From an uncultured Acidobacteriota bacterium (GTDB lineage Bacteria; Acidobacteriota; UBA6911), in NCBI GenBank assembly GCA_963827655.1, contig CAWHCF010000050.1, forward strand, positions 123,775 through 187,774: 64,000 bases of DNA. Direction: 5' to 3'. This document shows, piece after piece, positions 52,325 to 62,773 of the stretch (within the stretch, counting starts at the first letter, position 1; each line of letters starts with the position of its first letter). A program made the translations under genes and the position numbers. The notes beneath the pieces were generated by a model. The model searched no databases. It saw nothing but the letters and a program-made list of their open reading frames with translations, and was not told the DNA's origin.

Positions 52325-52373
52325 GTCCTTAGGAGGTTCTTAGATTCTTCTTAATCAGTTCTTAGGCGCTTAG
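52325..52373. promoter_or_regulatory. Putative wHTH operator: four CTTAR direct repeats at 11-bp period
   Basis: CTTAG at 52328, CTTAG at 52339, CTTAA at 52350 and CTTAG at 52361, located upstream of an OmpR/PhoB-type wHTH gene. Confidence 0.6.
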
Positions 52374-52452
52374 TGAAACGTTCAAACCAACATATTGTCG
52401 TTCACGAGGGGCTTCGTTCGGGTGAAGTCCCCGAACGAACCTTAGGACCGTT

Positions 52453-54490
52453 ATGAGCAGGCAAATGCGGCATTACTACAAGTTTGGCCCTTTCCGTCTC
52501 GACCCTGCCAAGCGTGACCTGCTGCGCGACGGCGAGATAGTGCCGCTGCCTCCCAAGGTCCTGGACCTCCTGCAGGTGCTGGTGGAAAACAACGGCGAGA
52601 TAGTAGAGAAGGAAGAATTGATGAGCAGAGTCTGGCCCGACAGCTTTGTCGAGGAGGGCAATCTGTCGGTAAATATCTTCGCCCTCCGGAAAGCGCTCGG
52701 AGATGATGGCAATCAGCATCAATTCATCAAGACCGTCCCCAGGCGTGGATACCGCTTTGTGGCCAGTGTGTCGGAAGTCTGGGGCGAGGGCGATGAAATG
52801 AAATCGGAACGTCTGGAAGCTGCTGCGGCGTCTATGCTCCAGGGTGACGATTTCCGGTCAAAGCCTCAACCGTACCAGCCACTCCCGTCCAGAGCAAGTT
52901 TCGGCCAGGCCGCCTCGAGGGCGGATGACTTGCAGACTTTTGCCGGCAGGGAAGAAACCCCCGAACCACCTTCATTGGATGCGCTCAATGAGACGGCGAA
53001 GAGAAGGGTTGGCCCGAGAGCGGTTCGGAGGGCGCTGGCTTTCTCGCTGTTAGGGGTCGGGCTCGTTGTCGGGCTCACTTATTTCTGGACTTCAAGAGAC
53101 ACGGCACGGACCATTGCCGCCAGGAAGACCCACGCGATCGCCGTGCTTCCTTTCAAAACGATCAATACGGACGACGAATATCTCGGTCCTGGGCTTGCCG
53201 ACGCCTTCATTGCTGAACTCACAAACATAAAACAACTTACCGTCAGGCCCCTCAGCGCATCGCTGAAATACACCAGCACAGGTCAGGACCCGGTCGAGGT
53301 CGGGCGCTCGCTCCGTGTGGACACGGTGCTGGAAGGGAGCCTCCGGAGAGTCGGTGATAGTCTTCGCATGACGGCACAACTCGTCAGGGTGGAGGATGGC
53401 TTGCGTCTGTGGGAGGTCAAGTCCTCCGAAGAGTTCGACAATATCCTGGCGGTGCAAAAAGCCATACCTGGACAGGTGGCGCAGGCTCTGGCGCTCGATC
53501 TCAAGAGGCCGCAGTTAGCGAAGCATCATACCGGCAACGTTGTGGCGTATCTGCTCTATCTCAAAGGCCGCTACTTGATAAACCAAAGGACTCCAAAGGC
53601 ATTGAAGCAAGCCGTTGAATGCTTCGGGCAGGCAACCCGTTTAGACCCGAACTACGCCCTGGCTTATGCCGGTCTGGCATATTCCTGGATGGTACCCATA
53701 TACCCTGAGACCGCAATCAAAAGGATGGCGGAGGCGAAGTCAGCGGCAATCAAAGCGCTTGAGCTTGATGACACAGTGGCCGAGGCGCACACCGCGCTCG
53801 GCCGCGCCCTGACATTTTGCGACTGGGATTGGGCCGGTTCGGAAAAGGAATTCAAGCGAGCCATTGAGTTAAATCCCAATTATGCCGAAGCTCACTTCTG
53901 GTATTCACTCAACCTATCGGCGATGAGGCGGCATGATGAAGCAATTGCGGAGATGAAATGGGCCCAGGAGATCGATCCGTTCTCGCCCAAATACAACTTT
54001 CATCTTGGATGGGCATTCTACCTGGCCCGCCAGTACGACCAGGCCATCGCGCAACTGCGCAAGACTCCCTTCGAGTTGGATTCTTCGTATTACCAGGCTT
54101 ACTGGCGGCTCGGACTGGCTTATGTGCAGAAGGGGATGTATGAGGAAGCCTTCGACGCGCTTGAGAAAGCGGCTGTTCTTTCGGGAGACAGGCCGCTGGT
54201 GAAGGCCACAATCGGATATGCGTACGCGAAGTCCGGCAACCGGGCCAAGCGCAAAGAATCGTGAACCAACTGAGCCCGTTATCGCGGAACGAGAAACCGG
54301 TCCCTTCATTACTCTTGCGAGCATTCACGCGAGTCTTGGAAACAAGGATAAAGCATTCGAATTGCTCGAAAAGAGTTACCAGCAACGCGACTCGCGCATC
54401 GTCGATACTAATGTGGACGCCATGCTGGACAGCGTTCGCCCTGATGCGCGATTTGATGACCTGGTGCGACGCATGGGCCTCACTCCGTAG
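52453..54490 (+). CDS. Winged-helix (Trans_reg_C) - TM - TolB-N - TPR transcriptional regulator (frameshifts near 54250 and 54300)
   Basis: YKFGPFRLD...LPPKVLDLL...[12 protein letters not shown]...LRKALGD...TVPRRGYRF, a TM, AIAVLPF, TPR repeats, and C-terminal [18 protein letters not shown] in another frame. Confidence 0.88.
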
Positions 54491-54607
54491 CTCGTCGCTG
54501 ACCACGAAGACGCAAAGACGCTAAGAAACACCAAGAATCCGGTTTCTGCTTGCGTCCTCGAACATCCCGGTATAGAAAATCTCCATAACATAGGGATAGA
54601 GCAAGCA

Positions 54608-55426
54608 ATGGCGCATGGAGTAAATCGAAAGGCTCTGATCGCGCTTCTTTTCCTGGCCGGTTTCGCATCACGGCTGAACCTGGGCGTGTCTTTCCAGGAG
54701 GAAAAAGCGCGGAAGAACCCGTTTGAAGGCGATCCCAAGGGCATTGAGCAAGGGATGAATCTGTACCGGTTTCGATGCGCGGTGTGCCACGGCATCGATG
54801 GCCGGGGAGAGCGGGCGACCGATCTCACCGAGATTCTCCGCGATAAGTCCGATGCTAAAATATTCCGGGTCATTGAACGAGGCATTCCCGGAACGGAGAT
54901 GCCCGCCGCACCGCTCTTCGGCGATGAGATCTGGATGGTCATCAGTTATCTCAGGACGTTCGGCGGCGCGGGCGCCGGAGCCGACCCGGGCGGGGATGCC
55001 GAGCAAGGGAAGAAAGTCTTCCGGGGCAAGGGAGGGTGTACTGTGTGCCATGGGATCGATGGCGAAGGCGGGCGTCTCGGTCCTGATCTGTCACGCATCG
55101 GCGCCGCCAGGTCCCAAACGGCCCTGGCTCGAGAAATCCGGAATCCGAGCGAGTATATTACCCCGGGTTACGAGCCGATAACGGTGGTCACGCGCGATGG
55201 CAAGCGGATCCGTGGCTGCAGGAAAAGCGAAGACGCCTTTTCCGTCCAGATGATGGATAACGGTGAGGAACTGAGAAGCTTCCTGAAAAAGGACGTGCGT
55301 GAAGTCGTCGAGGACCGACAGTCTCTCATGCCGAACTATGGACCCGAACGATTAACCGACGGCGAACTTCGCGACCTGGTGCGCTACCTCAGTCTTCGCC
55401 GATCGGCTGAACCGGCTGAAAAGTGA
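54608..55426 (+). CDS. Di-heme c-type cytochrome, partner of the PQQ-family dehydrogenase
   Basis: CAVCH with GIPGTEMP, CTVCH with GPDLSRIG, and SLMP axial Met. Signal peptide. Confidence 0.88.
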   Translation: MAHGVNRKALIALLFLAGFASRLNLGVSFQEEKARKNPFEGDPKGIEQGMNLYRFRCAVCHGIDGRGERATDLTEILRDKSDAKIFRVIERGIPGTEMPAAPLFGDEIWMVISYLRTFGGAGAGADPGGDAEQGKKVFRGKGGCTVCHGIDGEGGRLGPDLSRIGAARSQTALAREIRNPSEYITPGYEPITVVTRDGKRIRGCRKSEDAFSVQMMDNGEELRSFLKKDVREVVEDRQSLMPNYGPERLTDGELRDLVRYLSLRRSAEPAEK

Positions 55427-55435
55427 GGCGTTGAC

Positions 55436-57058
55436 ATGATCCGTACATTGCTCTTCGCGGCGAGCTATGCAATCACCTTCGGACTCCTGGGTTGGTGCGC
55501 GACCGCCATAGGCCAGGAGATTACCGGACAGAACCTGCTCGACGGCTTGAAGAATCCCGCCCGCTGGCTCATGTATTCCGGCGATTACACGAGCCAGCGT
55601 CACAGCCCTCTCGCTCAAATTACCCCGGCTAACGTGGATCAACTGGCGGTCCAGTGGACATTCCAGACGGGTGTATTGGGAAAGTTCGAGGCCGTCCCGA
55701 TCGTGATAGACGGAGTCATGTACGTCACCGGCCCGAACAATAACGCCTGGGCGCTCGACGCCCGGACCGGCCGCCGTTTCTGGCGCTACCAGAGAGACCT
55801 TCCGGATCGGATACCGGTCTGCTGCGGCATGGTGAATCGAGGGTTTGCGGTCTACAAAAACCGGCTGTACATGACCACACTGGACGCCCATCTGATCGCG
55901 CTGGATATGAAAACGGGGAGCGTCATCTGGGACGTCGAGATCGAAGACTACAAACGCGGCTACTCCGGAACGGTCGCGCCCCTGGTGGTGAAAGATAAGA
56001 TTGTCGTGGGAATCGCCGGCGCGGAATACGGGGTGCGAGGCTTTCTGGATGCGTTTGATGCTGAAACGGGAAAGCGAGTCTGGCGCTTCTGGACCATTCC
56101 GGAACCTGGCGAGCCCGGAGGCGACACATGGTCGGGGGAATCCTGGAAACGCGGCGGAGGCTCGACCTGGGTTACCGGGAGCTACGATCCTGAATTGAAC
56201 CTGATCTACTGGGGCACGGGAAACCCCGGCCCGGATCTCTACGGCGGCGATCGCAAGGGAGATAATCTGTATTCGGATTGTGTGGTTGCGATTGACGCGG
56301 ACTCGGGGAAGCTTCGCTGGCACTACCAGTTCACGCCCCACGACATCCACGATTGGGACGCGGTTCAGGTGCCGGTTCTGGCGGATATGAATGTCGACGG
56401 AGCGAGACGCAAGGTGATGCTGTGGGCCAACCGCAACGGCTTCTTCTACACGCTCGACCGCACCAACGGCAAGCTGATCGTAGCGAAGCCATTCGTGAAC
56501 ACGACCTGGGCGAAGGAAATCGGGGCGGACGGCAAACCGATCCTCTTGCCGAACAACGAGATTGCGAAGGAAGGAACCGTGACTTGCCCGGGCGTGGGTG
56601 GTGGAACGAATTGGATGTCCCCTGCCTTCAATCCGACCCTGGGATTGTTTTTTGTAACCTCGCGCGAGTACTGCGACAAGTTCTACGCCTGGCCGCAGGA
56701 GTTCATTGAGGGGCAATATTATTTCGGCGGCGCCTTCCAGCGCGACAACCTGCGCGGTTATGGGGCGTTGAGGGCGATTGACCCCGTGACCGCCAGCGTG
56801 AAGTGGGAGTTCAAGTATTTCGCACCTTCTACGGCGGGCGTGCTTTCTACGGCGTCGGGTCTGGTTTTTGCCGGGGACTCGGACGGAAATGTGATGGCAT
56901 TCAACGCGCGCACCGGGAAGAACCTGTGGCACTTCCAGACCGGGGGCAGCATAATCTCCGCACCGACAACCTTTCAGGTGAATGGGAAGCAGTACCTGAT
57001 GCTGCCCGCGGGAAACACCCTCTTTGCGTTTGCGCTGCCCGGGAACGGAGCGCCCTAG
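55436..57058 (+). CDS. PQQ-dependent dehydrogenase, methanol/ethanol family
   Basis: WLMYSGDY.SQRHSPL.QI, vicinal CC (PVCCGMVNRG), AEYGVRG, WGTGNP, PHDIHDWD and RNGFFYTLDR. Confidence 0.92.
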   Translation: MIRTLLFAASYAITFGLLGWCATAIGQEITGQNLLDGLKNPARWLMYSGDYTSQRHSPLAQITPANVDQLAVQWTFQTGVLGKFEAVPIVIDGVMYVTGPNNNAWALDARTGRRFWRYQRDLPDRIPVCCGMVNRGFAVYKNRLYMTTLDAHLIALDMKTGSVIWDVEIEDYKRGYSGTVAPLVVKDKIVVGIAGAEYGVRGFLDAFDAETGKRVWRFWTIPEPGEPGGDTWSGESWKRGGGSTWVTGSYDPELNLIYWGTGNPGPDLYGGDRKGDNLYSDCVVAIDADSGKLRWHYQFTPHDIHDWDAVQVPVLADMNVDGARRKVMLWANRNGFFYTLDRTNGKLIVAKPFVNTTWAKEIGADGKPILLPNNEIAKEGTVTCPGVGGGTNWMSPAFNPTLGLFFVTSREYCDKFYAWPQEFIEGQYYFGGAFQRDNLRGYGALRAIDPVTASVKWEFKYFAPSTAGVLSTASGLVFAGDSDGNVMAFNARTGKNLWHFQTGGSIISAPTTFQVNGKQYLMLPAGNTLFAFALPGNGAP

Positions 57059-57191
57059 CAGCGTCTCTTTCTTCCGGCACCCTTATCCCCCAGTACACGT
57101 GTTTGTTGGCGTCTTCGAGTCTTCGTGGTTAGAGTCGTGGAACAAAACCAACCACGAAGACGCGAGGACTCGAAGAAACGAGGCTAGAGTC

Positions 57192-58583
57192 ATGCCGGTA
57201 GGAAGGGTCGATACATCACGGTTCTGGGAGCAGCTTCTCCAGCTAGTCGACGAGGGACGTGTCATTCCTGTCATCGGCCAGGATCTACTCCTGCTGCCCC
57301 TGGCCGACCCGCAGGTCCTTCTGTACCCCTTTCTGGCCGAGCGTATGTCGCAGTATCTGGAACTGAACGAGGGCGAGGCGCCCGCCGGGGAATCCCTCAA
57401 TTCGGTTGCCTGCCGTTATCTCGCGAAAGGCAACGACCCGGAAGACATCTATTCGGCTCTCAAGGCGGTGATGCCTGGGGAGGACGAGTTGCCGATTCCG
57501 GAGACGCTGATCAAACTCGCCGGGATTCGTTCGTTCAAGATCTTCGTCAGTATCACGTTCGATTCACTACTCGAACGCGCGATTAACCAGGTGCGTTTTG
57601 GCGGGCAGCAAAAGACCCAGGTTCTGGCCTATTCTCCCAATCGAAAGGAAGATCTCGATGGCAGCATGACGTCGTTGAATCGACCCGTTGTCTTCCACCT
57701 TTTCGGCAAGTTGTCGGCCGTTCCGGATTACGCGGTGACCGAGGAAGACACACTCGAATTCATCCACTCTCTGCAAAGCGAATCGAAGCGGCCCCAGCGG
57801 CTTTTCGACGAGCTGAATCAGGCTCACCTGCTCATCGTCGGCTGCAGCGTCACGGATTGGCTGGGACGTTTTTTCCTGCGCGTCGGCAGACGCGAGCGCC
57901 TCTTGCTGGCGCGCGGCAAGACCGACTTCATTGCAGACTCCAGGGTGCGTGACGATAAGAGTCTGGTTCTCTTCCTCCAGCAGTTCAAGACCGGGACCAA
58001 GATCTATCCCGGCGGGGGAGCTTTGGAATTCGTGAACGAACTGTATGAGCGGTGGACGGCTCGCCACCCCCAGCAAACGAGTGCCGCGGCCCCTCCTCCG
58101 GTCCAGCAGGCAACCGCCGGGCCGGGCATGGAGGATGGCGCGGTATTCCTGAGCTATGCCAGCGAGGATCTGGCCCCGGTGCAGCGCATCAAGGATGACC
58201 TGGAACGCGCCGGAGTGGACGTCTGGTTCGACAAGGCGGATCTCAACGCGGGAGACGAGTATGAACTCAAGATCAAACGCAACATCGAAAGATGTTCACT
58301 CTTCGTGCCCGTGATATCGCGCAACTGTCTGACGCCAAGGCGGCGTTTTTTTCGGATCGAATGGAATCATGCCCAGAGCGTGGCTCTACAGGTTCCTCCC
58401 TCCATGCAGTTCATCCTCCCGGTGGTCCTCGACGATACCTCTCCCAACGAGCCCTTTCTGCCTGAAAAGTGGGGCCGCCTGCACTGGCAGGCTCTGACCG
58501 GAGGGCAGACCACGCCGGAGTTTATCGACACGGTACGCAGGCTCTATCGTGATTATCAAAAGTACAGCCTGGGCGCGCGATAG
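57192..58583 (+). CDS. SIR2-like (degenerate) plus TIR domain protein
   Basis: N-terminal VIPVIG, FVSITFDSLLERA, VFHLFG and LLIVGCS..DW (SIR2_2-like). C-terminal VFLSYASED, VWFD, LFVPVIS and FFRIEW (TIR_2). Confidence 0.82.
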   Translation: MPVGRVDTSRFWEQLLQLVDEGRVIPVIGQDLLLLPLADPQVLLYPFLAERMSQYLELNEGEAPAGESLNSVACRYLAKGNDPEDIYSALKAVMPGEDELPIPETLIKLAGIRSFKIFVSITFDSLLERAINQVRFGGQQKTQVLAYSPNRKEDLDGSMTSLNRPVVFHLFGKLSAVPDYAVTEEDTLEFIHSLQSESKRPQRLFDELNQAHLLIVGCSVTDWLGRFFLRVGRRERLLLARGKTDFIADSRVRDDKSLVLFLQQFKTGTKIYPGGGALEFVNELYERWTARHPQQTSAAAPPPVQQATAGPGMEDGAVFLSYASEDLAPVQRIKDDLERAGVDVWFDKADLNAGDEYELKIKRNIERCSLFVPVISRNCLTPRRRFFRIEWNHAQSVALQVPPSMQFILPVVLDDTSPNEPFLPEKWGRLHWQALTGGQTTPEFIDTVRRLYRDYQKYSLGAR

Positions 58584-58585
58584 TC

Positions 58586-61500
58586 ATGACGGTTGATGCC
58601 GCAATTCCGACTCCCGCCACCGAAACGGTCGATGCCCAGAATCCCTGGCCGGGCCTGGAAGCCTTCAAGGAGGAAGATCACAACTTCTTCCACGGGCGGG
58701 AAACCGAGATTGAAGAGCTGCATCGCCTGGTCCAGCGCGAGCGGCTCACCGTGCTCTTCGGCGTGTCCGGCCTTGGCAAGACCTCACTCTTGCAGGCAGG
58801 ACTCTTTCCGGCGATGCGGAACGAGAATGTGCTTCCGGTGCGCATCCGCCTCAATTACTCGCCGGGTATGCCGGAGCTCTCCACCCAGATCAAGGAGGCG
58901 ATCACCCGCGAGGCTGCAGCCAATCACATCGAAGCTCCCCGCTTCGAGGGGACGCTGTGGGAATCGTTCCATCGCCAGGATGCGGACTTCTGGAACCAGC
59001 GTAACCGCGTGGTGATACCCCTGCTCGTGTTCGACCAATTCGAGGAGGTCTTCACCCGCGGACGCGAAACTCCGGAGCGCGCTCGCGACGCGGAGGCGTT
59101 CTTGACCGAGCTGGCGGACCTGATCGAGGGGCGCCCGCCCGAGTCCGTCAAGGCCCGGATCGATGTGGATCCGGCCGAGGCGCGGTCCTATTCCTTCCAG
59201 CGCCACAACTACAAGGTTCTTCTGAGTCTGCGAGAGGATTTTTTAGCCGATCTTGAAGGCTTGAGCGACCGGCTGCCATCGGTCATGCGCAACCGCCTGC
59301 GATTGTGCCCCATGAATGGCGAGCAGGCGCTTTCGGCAGTGACCCGGGCGGGCGGGCACTTGATCGAGAAGGACATCGCTGCCCGCGTGGTTCGATTCGT
59401 CGGAGCGGAGAGCGTAGGCGGCCGGACCGACCTGGCGAATCTCGAGGTCGAACCGGCCCTGCTCAGTGTCTTTTGCCGGGAGCTGAACCTTACGAGGATC
59501 GAGCGGAACGAGCCCAAGATCACGGCGGAGCTTCTGGAGGGCCGCCAGAGTGAGATTCTCTCCGCGTTTTACGAGCGCGGCCTGGCCGGTATCGCAGCGC
59601 CGGTGCGCGCGTTCATCGAGGACGACCTGATAACGGCGTCGGGCCGCCGAAATAGCGAGCCTTATGAAGAGGCTCTGAACAAGCCGGGGGTGACCGCCGA
59701 AGATATCAGTCTGCTCGTAAACCGGCGGCTCCTGCGGATCGAGGATCGTGCCGGCATGTCCTGGCTTGAACTGACCCACGATCGGCTGACCGGGGTCGCT
59801 CGCTCCAGCCGCGAAAGTCGTCGGCAGCGCGAGGCTCAGGCCGCAGCCGAGGCCGCGCAGCGCGAGGCCCAGGAGAAGGAGCGGCGCGCGCAGCAGGAAC
59901 TGCGCGAGAAAGCGCGAACCCTCCGCATGGTTCGAATCTTGCTGGTGGCGGCGATCGTCGCCATGGTGGCGGCCATCGTCGGCGCCTATTTCGGATTCAG
60001 AGAACAGCAGCGCGCACAGGCTGCCGCTGCGCGCCGAACGGGAAGCTAAACACGCGGCACAGGAAGCCCTGGCGGGTTCAAATTTCAAGGAAGCGGTCAA
60101 TCTGGTCGAGCGGGACCAGGCGGCCGAAGCGTTGCTTTACCTGGCTCATGCGCTGCGTCTGGACCCGGACCAGCTGCCCATCCAGACGTACACGCTCAGT
60201 CTGCTGAGCCGCAGAAACTGGCCGCTCCCAATCAGCGTGTTCCAGAGCGACGCTGAGTTCGAAGGATTTAACCTCAGTTCGGACGGCAAACTGATCGTAA
60301 CAGCGGCGCGAGATGGAAAGGCGCAGATCTGGGATGCCGCGACCGGCGCGGCGAGGGGAGGCGCCGCTGGTCCACCAGGGAGTCGTGACCTCGGCGAATT
60401 TCAGCCTGGACGGAAAGAGCGTCGTAACGGCGTCTGAGGATAAAACCGCGCAAGTCTGGAGCGTTGAGACCGGGCGAGCAATCGGGGAACCCCTGCGGCA
60501 TGAGGACGCGGTTGCTTCTGCCGGGCTTAACCCGGATGGAACGCGGGCCCTGACCGTGTCGGCGGACGGAGGATCGGCTTTGTGGGAAGTTGAGACCGGT
60601 CGAGTCCTCTTCAATCTGCGCCGCGGCCAGGACGTCGTCATTGTCGCCCAGTTGAGCCGGGACGGGAAGCGCGCGGTGACCGGGCTGCAGGATGGCACGG
60701 CGCGGATCTGGAATGTCGAAACCGGCGCGCCTCTCGCGACGTTAACCGGCCACGGCAGGGAGAAGAGAATCGAGCACGCTCAGTTCAGTCCTGACGGAAA
60801 GCGGATTGTCACGGCGTCGGCCGACGGCACCGCGCGTATCTGGGATGTCCAAACCGGCCGGTCCATCGGCGGGCCCCTGAAGCATACGGATGTGGTCTGG
60901 CACGCCGATTTCACTCCGGATGGCCGGTACGTCGCCACAGCCTCCGACGACAGGACGGCCGGCATCTGGAACGTTGAGACCGGCTTGCCCCGAGTGGAGC
61001 CCATCCGTCATCCCAATGCGGTTTACACGGTCGGGTTCAGTCCCGACGGCCGGCGTCTGGTGACGACCTCGGCGGACTATACCGCGCGAGTCTGGGATGT
61101 CGCCACCGGGCGGCCGCTGACTGAGCGTATGCGCCATGGCGACTGGCTCGAAGCTCGTTTCAGCGAAGACGGCGCCCGTATTGTAACGGCGTCGTGGGAC
61201 AGGACGCTTCGGCTGTGGGACGTGCGGCCATCTGCAGCCGTTGCGGACCCGATGCGGCACACGACGCAGGTGACATCGGCCCGGTTCAGTCCGAAAGGCA
61301 GATACGTGCTGACGGTCTCGAAGGACAATACCACGCGGGTCTGGGACGTCGAGACCCTCCGCCCCATCGGTGAGCCGATGCCTCACGAAGCCGAAGTCAC
61401 GTTCGCCGAGTTCAGCCCCGACGAAAGCCGCGTGATGACCCTGACGCAAGATGGGTCGGCCAGAGTCTGGAGTGGCGAGCGATGGGATCGAAGCGAGCCT

Positions 61501-62538
61501 TTGGGAAAAGCGCATTCGCTGGCCTTCAGCTCCGATTGGACTCGCGCGCTGACGGCGGCCTCCGAGCAGGTGGTGGAGGTTTCCGACGTGAAGAGCGGCG
61601 GGCTCATCGGCGCGCCCTTGAAACACCCGAGCAAAGTCACCGCGGCCAGCCTCAGCCGGGATGCGAAGCGCGTGATAACGGTAACGGAGGGTGGCAGGGC
61701 AAGGCTCTGGGATACCGCCAGCGGACAAGCCGTCGGCGAGCCGCTAACCGACCGCGGCGGGATCAGCTTTGCCCGGTTCAGTCCGGACGGGAGACGCGTG
61801 CTGACTGCGTCGAAAGAGAATACCGCGCGAGTTTGGGATGCCCAAACCGGCCGAGCCACCAGTGAGCCTCTGCGCCATTATGACTCGGTTACATCGGCCG
61901 AGTTCAATTCTGACGGCTCGCGTGTGGTGACGGCGTCACGAGACACGGCCTTCATATGGAATGTCGAGACCGGCGAAATCATCGGTCAACCGATGCGTCA
62001 CCAGGACAATGTTGTTTCAGTGCGGTTCAGCCGGGACGGCCGGATGGTCGTGACGGCCTCTCAAGACCAGACCGCGCGCGTCTGGGATGCCGAGACCGGA
62101 CAGACTGACGGCGAGCCCCTGCGTCACGAGGGAGCCGTGCGCGCCGCGGAGTTCAGCCCGACCGGCGAGCGCGTTGTAACAGCCTCAGACGACGGGACGG
62201 CGCGGATGTGGCACCTCTTGAGCGGGTCACCGGCTGAAGCCGGCGCCCTGGCGTCACTGGCCGAGGCGGTGGGGGGATCCGTTTTCAGCGAACAGGGCGT
62301 GATTGTGCTGGTGAAGGACACTATCGCCCGGTTCACCAGCCTTCGGCAGGAGACCGCCGACGCGAGCGGACCGGGCACACGCGCCTTCATCCGCTGGTTC
62401 CTGGCAGATCGGGCCACCCGGACGATTTCCCCGCTGTCCAGGATCACGGTTCCAGATTACAACCGGCTCCGCCACGTGGAAGCGGAATCAAGCCCGGAAC
62501 AAATACCACTAAGACGCCAAGACACAAAGAAACCCTAA
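58586..62538 (+). CDS. nSTAND1-type NTPase - TM - WD40 repeat protein (frameshifts near 60030 and 60360)
   Basis: NPWPGLEAF, FHGRE, GVSGLGKTSLL, LVFDQFEEVFT, LREDF and ELTHD, then a coiled coil, a TM helix and about 14 FSPDG..VTAS.D.TARVWD repeats. Starts 2 nt after the TIR gene stop. Confidence 0.87.
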
Positions 62539-62584
62539 CCAGGCAAGGGCTGCGCCCTTGATATCCCGCCAAAAGCAGCGGGAT

Positions 62585-62725
62585 AGAAGCCAGGAGTCAG
62601 AAGCCAGAAGCCAGAATCGCCTTTGCATTATGCATTCAGCAGGCGGCTGACTTCCTCCAGGAGATTCATCCTTCCTCGCCTTTTACCACACATTCTTGCT
62701 CCTGACTTCTGACTTCTGGCTTCTA
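62585..62725. repeat. Inverted pair of 7-mer tandem repeats (CAGAAGY)n
   Basis: agaagccaggagtcagaagccagaagccagaat (62585-62617) and attcttgctcctgacttctgacttctggcttct (62692-62724) are approximately complementary. Confidence 0.75.
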
Positions 62726-62773
62726 ATGTGAACAAAATTCTCATAAGCTCGGACATAACGGTCTAGATACTCG

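Noticed and set aside
55352-56932. Long antisense ORFs, also 11674-12996, 16171-17502, 24962-26158, 28886-30136 and 46643-47962
   Set aside because: Each lies opposite a gene with clear family motifs. Stop-poor antisense frames are expected at high GC.
60020-60380. Programmed ribosomal frameshifting in nSTAND1 or other split genes
   Set aside because: No consistent slippery heptamers, and indels affect unrelated genes throughout the window.
60313-62220. DNA-level repeats within the WD40 gene as a diversity-generating or array element
   Set aside because: They are degenerate protein-coding repeats, and no reverse transcriptase or template/variable repeat pair was seen.
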